A stretch of DNA of 64,000 nt from Myxococcota bacterium (lineage in GTDB: Bacteria > Myxococcota_A > SURF-8): the NCBI GenBank assembly GCA_963674735.2, contig CAXXQS010000001.1, positions 1,824,001-1,888,000 of the forward strand. Reading direction: 5' to 3'. Positions 9,516 to 16,462 of the stretch are shown here, piece after piece. The position numbers were made by a program, and so were the translations under genes. Position 1 is the stretch's first letter; each line of letters opens with the position of its first letter. The notes beneath the pieces were generated by a model. The model was not told the DNA's origin. It made no database searches and saw only the letters and a program-made list of their open reading frames with translations.

Positions 9516-11641
9516 GCAGCTTCACCATCGCCTTGGCAGGCAATCCCAATAGCGGTAAAACGACTATTTTCAATGCGCTGACGGGTGCCCGGCAACACGT
9601 GGGTAACTATCCGGGAGTGACCGTCGAAAAGAAAAGCGGGACGTTTATAGAAAACGGACACCCCATCGAAGTGGTGGACCTTCCCGGAACCTATAGTTTG
9701 ACGGCCTATTCGGAAGAAGAACAAGTGGCCCGACGCTTTGTTCTTGGTGAATCCCCCAACCTCATCGTTGATGTTGCCGACGCGTCCAACCTGGAACGAA
9801 ACCTTTACTTGGCGGTCCAGTTTATGGAAATGGGACAGCCGCTTGTGCTGGTTCTCAACATGCACGACGTCGCCGCAAATAGAGGAATTAAGATCGATCA
9901 TCAACGCCTTTCCTCCTTGTTAGGTGCGCCTGTCGTGCCGACGATCGCCAGCCACGGAAAAGGGCTCAATGTACTGAAATCAACCGTTCTCCACCGCGCG
10001 GAACGGGATAACAGCTTAAATTCGACAAAGCTTTCATACGGGGGCGATATCGATGCGGCACTCGATGAATTGGAGCCTCTTCTTGCAAACGATTCGTTTT
10101 GCCGGGAACGCTTCAATCCTCGTTGGCTGGCGCTTAAACTGATCGAACATGATGAAGAATTGACTGAGCTGGCACAGAACAATCTAAAACAGAGCGAAGA
10201 TGTTTTCGCTATCGTAAAACGTGTCACGATACACATCGAAAGCACCTTGGATGACTTACCCGAGAATGTGGTATCGGATTACCGTTACGGCTTTATCACC
10301 TCTGTCATCAAAGAATGCGTCACGCGTCCGGAAGTGGATCGTCGTACATTATCGGACAAACTCGATAAAGTACTAACTCACCGCATGCTGGGTCCGATAT
10401 TCCTGCTGGCGGTCATATGGGCCTTGTACGAGTTTGTCTTTACGGCCAGTGAAACTCCCGTTGGTTGGGTTGAAACTATCTTTGGCTGGCTCGGCTCTGC
10501 CGTTGAAACCGGCATGGCCGACGGTTTGCTCAAATCCATGATCGTATCGGGCGTCATCGACGGCGTCGGCGGTGTTTTGGGCTTTGTCCCCTTGATCATG
10601 TTCATGTTTTTCTTTATCGCCATCCTGGAGGACTCGGGGTACATGGCGCGAGTTGCGTTCATCCTTGACCGTGTGCTGCGTAGTTTCGGCATGCACGGCA
10701 ATTCGATGGTGGCCTTGATCGTATCCGGCGGCATCGCGGGCGGTTGCGCGGTACCCGGCGTGATGGCGACACGGACTCTGCGCGACCCGAAAGAACGACT
10801 GGCTACGATCCTCGTGGCGCCTTTTATGAACTGTGGAGCGAAGTTACCTGTGTTTGCCTTGTTGATCGCGGCTTTCTTCTCGGCACATCAGGGCACGATG
10901 ATGTTTTTGATCACGCTGCTGTCCTGGGCTTTCGCCTTGATCGCGGCTCGAATTTTGCGTGGCACGATCATCAAAGGAGAGTCTTCGCCGTTCATTATGG
11001 AGCTTCCTCCCTATCGGATACCGACCTTGCGAGGACTGCTGATCCACATGTGGGAACGAACCTGGCAATACATCAAAAAAGCGGGAACGATTATTCTGGC
11101 CGTCTCCATTCTGCTTTGGGCCTTGATGACATTCCCATCCCTGCCGGAAGAAAAAGCCACTGCAATTGAAGCCGAGACGACCCAAGGGGTTGCGGAAGAT
11201 GTCGTCGCCAACAAGCTGGCCGAAGCAGAGTTGGCACATTCCGTCGCCGGACGTGTCGGGAGAGCTTTGGAAGCGATTACCCAACCCTTGATGGGTTTCG
11301 ATTGGCGTACCAATATCGCCCTTGTCGGCGGATTTGCGGCAAAGGAAGTCGTCGTTGCAACGCTCGGTACCGCCTATTCCCTGGGAGAGATAGATCCCGA
11401 AGAGTCCGAATCACTTTCGGAAAGGCTGGCGAACGATCCTGGCTGGACACCTTTGTCCGCCTTCGCCCTCATCCTGTTTATTATGCTGTATGCCCCTTGT
11501 TTCGTGACGGTAGCAGTGATCAAACGCGAAACCCAGAGCTGGAAGTGGGCGGGTTTTTCAATGCTGTACACAACCGCAGCGGCGTTTGTCATTGCGACAG
11601 CCGTGTACCAGGTCGGCTCATTTTTGGGGATCGGAGTTTAA
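9512..11641 (+). CDS. feoB: Ferrous iron transporter FeoB
   Basis: GNPNSGKT, NYPGVTVE, DLPG, EDSGYMAR, MELPPY, FAAKEVVV. Confidence 0.97.
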   Translation: MSSFTIALAGNPNSGKTTIFNALTGARQHVGNYPGVTVEKKSGTFIENGHPIEVVDLPGTYSLTAYSEEEQVARRFVLGESPNLIVDVADASNLERNLYLAVQFMEMGQPLVLVLNMHDVAANRGIKIDHQRLSSLLGAPVVPTIASHGKGLNVLKSTVLHRAERDNSLNSTKLSYGGDIDAALDELEPLLANDSFCRERFNPRWLALKLIEHDEELTELAQNNLKQSEDVFAIVKRVTIHIESTLDDLPENVVSDYRYGFITSVIKECVTRPEVDRRTLSDKLDKVLTHRMLGPIFLLAVIWALYEFVFTASETPVGWVETIFGWLGSAVETGMADGLLKSMIVSGVIDGVGGVLGFVPLIMFMFFFIAILEDSGYMARVAFILDRVLRSFGMHGNSMVALIVSGGIAGGCAVPGVMATRTLRDPKERLATILVAPFMNCGAKLPVFALLIAAFFSAHQGTMMFLITLLSWAFALIAARILRGTIIKGESSPFIMELPPYRIPTLRGLLIHMWERTWQYIKKAGTIILAVSILLWALMTFPSLPEEKATAIEAETTQGVAEDVVANKLAEAELAHSVAGRVGRALEAITQPLMGFDWRTNIALVGGFAAKEVVVATLGTAYSLGEIDPEESESLSERLANDPGWTPLSAFALILFIMLYAPCFVTVAVIKRETQSWKWAGFSMLYTTAAAFVIATAVYQVGSFLGIGV

Positions 11642-11652
11642 GGAGAAAACAT

Positions 11653-11826
11653 ATGCTTGATTGCATTCTGATCGGTCTTGTCGTGCTTATGGCCATTTCC
11701 TACTTGGTTTTGGCTCTACGAAAAAAATGCAGGGCCGTATCGACCCCTTGTGCTACGGGCTGTAGCAACTGCAATGGCTGCTCCGTTCGGATCCAAGAAC
11801 AAAATCAAACGGATAATCGCCAATGA
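11653..11826 (+). CDS. FeoB-associated Cys-rich membrane protein
   Basis: AGGAG RBS, one TM helix, then CATGCSNCNGC. Confidence 0.8.
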   Translation: MLDCILIGLVVLMAISYLVLALRKKCRAVSTPCATGCSNCNGCSVRIQEQNQTDNRQ

Positions 11827-12023
11827 AAGTAGCTCCCGATAGCCTCGACAAGAGTTTCTGTACCAAAACCGATGAACTACGTTGTGAGTGTCATCGTCTG
11901 TTGGCGCGGATAAATGGTCACAACCTTGAGTTGAGATGTCCGCGCTGTAAACGAAAACTTGAAATTGACTTGGACGAATTAGCGAAAACGCAATCGATAC
12001 CCCTGTCGCTTCATCTCAGATAA
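11823..12023 (+). CDS. Mu Com-like zinc-finger protein
   Basis: ELRCECHRLLAR...LELRCPRCKR; ATGA coupling with the upstream gene. Confidence 0.72.
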   Translation: MKVAPDSLDKSFCTKTDELRCECHRLLARINGHNLELRCPRCKRKLEIDLDELAKTQSIPLSLHLR

Positions 12024-12048
12024 ACGACCAAAATCATTTCAGTGGTCG

Positions 12049-12071
12049 GAGACCGGTTAGAGTCCAGAGCC
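12049..12071 (+). promoter_or_regulatory. GAG(N)CC repeats, candidate Com-type RNA target upstream of an RBS
   Basis: GAGACC 12049, GAGTCC 12060, GAGCC 12067; AAGGAG at 12082; ATG at 12095. Confidence 0.45.
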
Positions 12072-12094
12072 ACGAAGCTTAAAGGAGACAAGAA

Positions 12095-12886
12095 ATGCTG
12101 AAGAGTGGACTGCGAATCGGTTTAGCCATGATGTTCATGATGATTTGCTCTGTCGCCCAAGCGGCGGACACCACTGAAACCTTCGATGTAGGAGCCACGG
12201 ACTTCGAATTTTATATGGGTCTTGATGGCGTCGGTCTGAGTAAATACAACGGAACCATTGCGGGAGAAGCCCTGATCGGTTACGGATTTATGGACCGGTT
12301 TTCCGGCTACCTGACTGCCGCCGGTGAATCCAATGAATACTTTGGGGAAGGCAGCGGAAGCCTGGCTTTCGGAATTTTCGGAACTCCCGTCGATTCCGAT
12401 CATTTCGATCTCGACCTTTTCCTCGATGCGAGTTTCTCCCCCGATGAGTTCGGTTTGACTCCGGCACTTGAGTTGAACTTCGACCTTGCTCCCGACCTTG
12501 AGGTTTGGGGAGTCTATATTCGTGTGGAGGAAGGTTTTTCCGGTCGCGACGAGTCCACGGAAGACGATCCGGCCACGGTCGCTGTCGACGAATCCGAAAC
12601 CAAGTTCGTCCTCGCGCCCACAACCGGCTTAACCATCGGAACTTATTGGACGGTTGCGGAAAATCACCAGTTGCTGCTTGAATATGATATGAGCATCGCC
12701 AACAATGCCGAAGACGGTGAAGACGCGGTGGAAATCGGCTCTGCGGCTCTGGGGTACAACGTCATGCTGTCCGACTCCATCGAAATGATCAACCAGATCA
12801 CATTCGATATTCCGCAGAACGATGAAGACTTCTCGCTCGGTATCAGCACCGGTATCATCGTCACATTACCGACAGTAGGAGAGTAA
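12095..12886 (+). CDS. Acidic exported protein, probable outer-membrane beta-barrel
   Basis: Signal peptide (AQA-A), Asp/Glu-rich, alternating hydrophobic strands; last gene before a terminator. Confidence 0.65.
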   Translation: MLKSGLRIGLAMMFMMICSVAQAADTTETFDVGATDFEFYMGLDGVGLSKYNGTIAGEALIGYGFMDRFSGYLTAAGESNEYFGEGSGSLAFGIFGTPVDSDHFDLDLFLDASFSPDEFGLTPALELNFDLAPDLEVWGVYIRVEEGFSGRDESTEDDPATVAVDESETKFVLAPTTGLTIGTYWTVAENHQLLLEYDMSIANNAEDGEDAVEIGSAALGYNVMLSDSIEMINQITFDIPQNDEDFSLGISTGIIVTLPTVGE

Positions 12887-12911
12887 GAAGCACGAAAAGG
12901 CGCCTGAAATG

Positions 12912-12940
12912 GACGGAGTCGATCGCGACTCCGTCTTTTC
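12912..12940 (+). terminator. Intrinsic terminator of the feo operon
   Basis: GACGGAGTCG-atcg-CGACTCCGTC-TTTT. Confidence 0.75.
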
Positions 12941-13030
12941 ATTTATACCTGCCACCCCGCTATCGTTTACAAACGCCATTGACAGTCATGTCAACCGGGT
13001 TTACTCTCTCGGCAACAGTCATCGAACAAC

Positions 13031-14332
13031 GTGAATGTCATGTCTTACAAGCCCGTTCATCCTCTGCTTGCCTATCTCGCGCCGATCAGGCCCGGTCATC
13101 GCTTTGCTGGACATTTCCGCCTCAACGATATCCAGGGCGAACACGACGCCGTCCTGCAATTGACGGATGAACGTAAAGGAAAAGTTTTCGCCATTCATGT
13201 TCAACCCGCCGACCGCAAGGGTGGAGCATTGATACGTACACCTCGCCTTAAACTGGCCTGGCCCAATCCCTATCCACCTGACCGTGAAACCGAGCGTCTG
13301 GTACGCGTAATCGGCCGGATTCTGGAACAAAACCTCGTTTCGACTTCCGAAGCGGAGTTCCAGGCACTCTTCACACAATCACCGGGTCCATCAGAACTTG
13401 TCCCTGTCCCCGCCGAACAGGTCATGGAGCTCTTGGTAGGATTGGAATGCAGTTCCAATTGCCTTTTTTGCTCTGATCGCCCGGACACTCGTCCCGGTCC
13501 TGAAAAAGCGCACCTCCTCGATGTCTTGCAAAAAGGTTACGAACAGGGGTTTCGCGGACTTGAATTCGGAGGACTGGAACCCACTTCACGTCGGGACTTG
13601 CACGATCTAATCGCAGCGGCTCGCAGTATCGGCTTCAAGAGCATTCAGGTTATCTCCAACGGTGAACGTCTCGCCGACTCCGGCTATCTACGAGAACTTT
13701 TCGATGCCGGATTGAGCATGCTCGTATTGTCGATCCACGCAGCAGACGAAGCCACCGAAACCACGCTCACCCGCTGCCCCGGCCTCTTCGCCAAAAAGCA
13801 GCAAGCGCTTAAAAACCTGCAGGAACTCCTCGGCAGCCGAGCGGCTCAACGTCAAACCGGTCGTTTTTTCCGCAGCAATACCGTCCTTGCTCGACCCAAT
13901 CTTGAGGGACTGCAGACTTTGATCGACTGGCTGGACACCTACGAACCCAGCGCTCTTTTTCTGCATTATCCATGGATCAACGGACAAGCCCAGCGTCACT
14001 TCGCAGAGATCGTCCCAAGCTACGCAGACGTGGAAATAGCACTCGGACCCTTGAAAGCTCGCCTCAACGACGAAAACGGTCGTCTATCGGTATTAAATCT
14101 CCCCCCCTGCATCGGTCGTGCCTTCGCTTCGCGTCAGATTACACACAAAAATATTCTGGTTAACTCGGAGAGCCGGATGAACAGCTCTTCGGATGAAATC
14201 TGCACAGATCCCATGGACAGCAGTCTTACCCACGCCGAACCCTGCCGACGTTGCCAAGCCGTCGTCACCTGCCCAGGTATCTCGCGACATTACCTATCTC
14301 GCTACGGGGCTGACGATCTCCGGCCTTTCTAA
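13031..14332 (+). CDS. Radical SAM protein, HxsC-like, with ~130-aa N-terminal extension
   Basis: CSSNCLFC, GLEP, LPPC, C-terminal CRRC-x5-CPG...YLSRYG. Confidence 0.8.
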   Translation: MNVMSYKPVHPLLAYLAPIRPGHRFAGHFRLNDIQGEHDAVLQLTDERKGKVFAIHVQPADRKGGALIRTPRLKLAWPNPYPPDRETERLVRVIGRILEQNLVSTSEAEFQALFTQSPGPSELVPVPAEQVMELLVGLECSSNCLFCSDRPDTRPGPEKAHLLDVLQKGYEQGFRGLEFGGLEPTSRRDLHDLIAAARSIGFKSIQVISNGERLADSGYLRELFDAGLSMLVLSIHAADEATETTLTRCPGLFAKKQQALKNLQELLGSRAAQRQTGRFFRSNTVLARPNLEGLQTLIDWLDTYEPSALFLHYPWINGQAQRHFAEIVPSYADVEIALGPLKARLNDENGRLSVLNLPPCIGRAFASRQITHKNILVNSESRMNSSSDEICTDPMDSSLTHAEPCRRCQAVVTCPGISRHYLSRYGADDLRPF

Positions 14333-14379
14333 ACTCGATTGAGTGTTAATATTTCAGCTGACACAGGAGGAATTTAGGC

Positions 14380-14419
14380 AAAAAAAAATGGCGAGAGTTT
14401 GGGGGAGGCCTCTCGCCAT
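14380..14419 (-). terminator. Intrinsic terminator closing the putative sRNA
   Basis: Minus strand ATGGCGAGAG-gcctcccccaaa-CTCTCGCCAT followed by a T-run. Confidence 0.85.
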
Positions 14420-14488
14420 ATCCGTTACCCCGATACTGCAGGTAACGAAAGTGCCGGTTCGAGCTAGGGGGCTTCTCGAACCAACCTC

Positions 14489-14593
14489 GTAGGGTCCAAC
14501 GATACTGCTGTCGAACTCTACGATGCGGAATTCGACGATACTGCTGCCGAATCCCACAATGCGAAACCCAACGATACTGCTGTTGAATTCCAC
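14489..14593 (-). repeat. Three tandem 36-nt hairpin repeats with invariant AGCAGTATC loop
   Basis: GATACTGCTG on the + strand at 14501, 14537 and 14573; a fourth GATACTGC at 14432. Confidence 0.9.
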
Positions 14594-14683
14594 TTGGACA
14601 GTCGCCGGTAGGGGGAACCGGCTAAATCCTTACTGAGGGCAAATGATTCAATGAACAGATCAAATCAGTCGAGCAATTGTTAT

Positions 14684-14700
14684 AGCAAACATGGTGCCAA
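14684..14700 (-). promoter_or_regulatory. Sigma-54 (-24/-12) promoter
   Basis: Minus strand TTGGCACCATGTTTGCT, exact GG-N10-GC spacing. Confidence 0.82.
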
Positions 14701-14829
14701 CTTTAGAATATTCATCACGTAATCACATGAAAACGAAATTATATCTGTCATATCAGCCATATGTAATTCCTGCAAAAATGGATCTCGACGTTATTCCTTT
14801 TCAACCAACCAACCATCCAAAGCTGGCAC

Positions 14830-14884
14830 GTGCATATTATGCACTTTCCTCCAGACGCTCTCGCACTCTGCGCAATTATTTCGC
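14830..14884. promoter_or_regulatory. Candidate enhancer (UAS) pair for a sigma-54 activator
   Basis: Perfect 7-1-7 palindrome GTGCATA-T-TATGCAC (14830-14844) and related GCGCAAT-T-ATTTCGC (14870-14884), 130-185 bp upstream of the -24 element. Confidence 0.5.
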
Positions 14885-14965
14885 TATTCCTCGCTTTTTC
14901 CTTGCTCCAACTCTTGAAAACCGCTAATCTGATTCAGGTCAGGCACAGATTTCGGAGAATCAATT

Positions 14966-16366
14966 ATGCCCTCTTTGACAAAGAAAAGGGTCCTCGTCAT
15001 CGACGATGAGGCCTTGGCACGTTCCACAATCTCATTCTATTTACAGGATGTTGGCTATGATGTAGTCGAAGCGGCCAGCGCCGAGGAGGGCTTGCGGCTC
15101 ACCCTGGAACATACTCCCCAGGTTGTTGTGTCGGACATTCGTCTGGAAGGTATGTCCGGCATTGAACTACTTGGAAAAATTAACGAAATACATCCCAACA
15201 CCTTGGTTATTTTGATTACCGCCTACGGCACCATCCAGGAGGCGGTTAACGCCATGAATCTGGGGGCTGAAAACTATCTGACAAAACCCGTGAATTTATC
15301 GGAACTTGAACTTATCGTCGACCGCGCAATCGAGAAAAGTAACCTCATTCAAGAAACGCATTATTTACGTCAACAGCTTCGTGCCACCAAGAAATTTGAG
15401 CGTTTGGTGGGTAATCATTCCAACATGCAAGACGTGTTCAAGATCATCGAACAGGTGGCTCCATCGATGGCCAACGTCCTTATCTATGGCGAATCCGGAA
15501 CCGGTAAGGAACTGGTTGGAGAAGCCATTCACCGCCTTTCCAGCCGGGCAGACGGTCCATTCATTAAAGTTAATTGCGCCGTTTTTTCAGAGACTTTGCT
15601 CGAAAGTGAATTGTTCGGCCATGAGAAAGGGGCCTTTACCGGCGCCTACACACGCCGTGAAGGACGCTTCGAAGCCGCAAACGGAGGAACGCTATTTCTA
15701 GACGATGTCAACGTCATGCCCGAAGTCACCCAGGTGAAAATTTTGCGTTTCCTCCAGGAACGCGAACTGGAGCGCGTCGGCGGCACGAAAACCATCAAAG
15801 TTGATGTGCGTGTCATCGCCGCAACCAACCGCCCCCTCAATGAAGAAGTACAACTGGGCAATTTCCGCGAGGATCTCTACTATCGCCTCAACGTCATCCC
15901 CGTGAACCTCCCGCCGCTACGCGAACGTAAATCGGACATCCCACTTTTAGTCGGTCATTTCGTCAAAAAATACGCAGAAAAGAACAACGCTAGCGTCCGT
16001 GATATCGATGACGACGCCTTGGCATTGTGCATGAATTACGATTGGCCGGGCAATGTTCGAGAACTCGAAAATATCATCGAACGAGCCGTTATCATGACAC
16101 GTGGAGAAACGATTCAGCGCAAACATTTCCCGACTCTCGAAAAAGACTCACCCAGTTCGGATGATCACGGCATCATAGTGGGTCGCACAATGGATGAGAT
16201 CGAAAAAGAGGCTGTGTTAAGAACTTTAGCTGCTTTTCAAGGAAGTACTAAAAAAGCGGCTGAGACTCTAAACGTCAGCGTACGAAAAATTCAGTACAAG
16301 TTAAAACAATACCGAAAAGAAGCCATCGCCAGCGGAGAACCGCTGGACGAAATCCTAAAAAAGTGA
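14966..16366 (+). CDS. NtrC/AtoC-family sigma-54-dependent response regulator
   Basis: Receiver domain, GESGTGKE, GAFTGA, WPGNVRELEN, C-terminal HTH. Confidence 0.95.
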   Translation: MPSLTKKRVLVIDDEALARSTISFYLQDVGYDVVEAASAEEGLRLTLEHTPQVVVSDIRLEGMSGIELLGKINEIHPNTLVILITAYGTIQEAVNAMNLGAENYLTKPVNLSELELIVDRAIEKSNLIQETHYLRQQLRATKKFERLVGNHSNMQDVFKIIEQVAPSMANVLIYGESGTGKELVGEAIHRLSSRADGPFIKVNCAVFSETLLESELFGHEKGAFTGAYTRREGRFEAANGGTLFLDDVNVMPEVTQVKILRFLQERELERVGGTKTIKVDVRVIAATNRPLNEEVQLGNFREDLYYRLNVIPVNLPPLRERKSDIPLLVGHFVKKYAEKNNASVRDIDDDALALCMNYDWPGNVRELENIIERAVIMTRGETIQRKHFPTLEKDSPSSDDHGIIVGRTMDEIEKEAVLRTLAAFQGSTKKAAETLNVSVRKIQYKLKQYRKEAIASGEPLDEILKK

Positions 16367-16462
16367 GACAATACCCATTCCCTATCGGAATTCCTATTGC
16401 GAAGGTCGGTCTTCGCTTCATACAACCGGGTTGAAGTTCCCGGATGCCGTCGGAGCAACGCA

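Larger units (their letters stand above)
14380..14673 (-). ncRNA. Putative sigma-54-dependent multi-hairpin sRNA (~295 nt)
   Basis: Consensus -24/-12 promoter, terminator, four GCAGUAUC-loop and three CCCCC-loop hairpins, G-U and compensatory pairs on the minus strand. Confidence 0.72.

Noticed and set aside
11823-12023. Prophage remnant suggested by the Com-like gene
   Set aside because: No other phage genes, integrase or att sites; the gene is translationally coupled to the feo operon.
12028-12042. AAAATCATTTCA shared with the site upstream of peroxiredoxin (Fur-like box)
   Set aside because: A shared 12-mer is expected by chance in 64 kb and no promoter is evident here; weak at best.
12040-12080. 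NiCo riboswitch (CAGAGC motif)
   Set aside because: I could not build the four-way junction; Com-type repeats explain the region better.
14354-14593. 79-aa minus-strand ORF with SSIV repeats as a RiPP precursor for the adjacent radical SAM enzyme
   Set aside because: GTG start is inside a stem with no RBS, the ORF runs through the terminator, and substitutions preserve base pairing; the peptide repeat follows from the 36-nt period. Not fully excluded without ribosome profiling.
14489-14593. 36-nt repeats as a CRISPR array
   Set aside because: Units are tandem with only 3-nt gaps, there are no unique spacers, and no cas genes are present.
14468-14611. Plus-strand frame reading NDTAVELYDAEFDDTAAESH...
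   Set aside because: In-frame TAG at 14465 and no start codon before the repeats.
14824-14843. TGGCACG as a plus-strand sigma-54 promoter
   Set aside because: No GC at the -12 position with the required 10-nt spacing.
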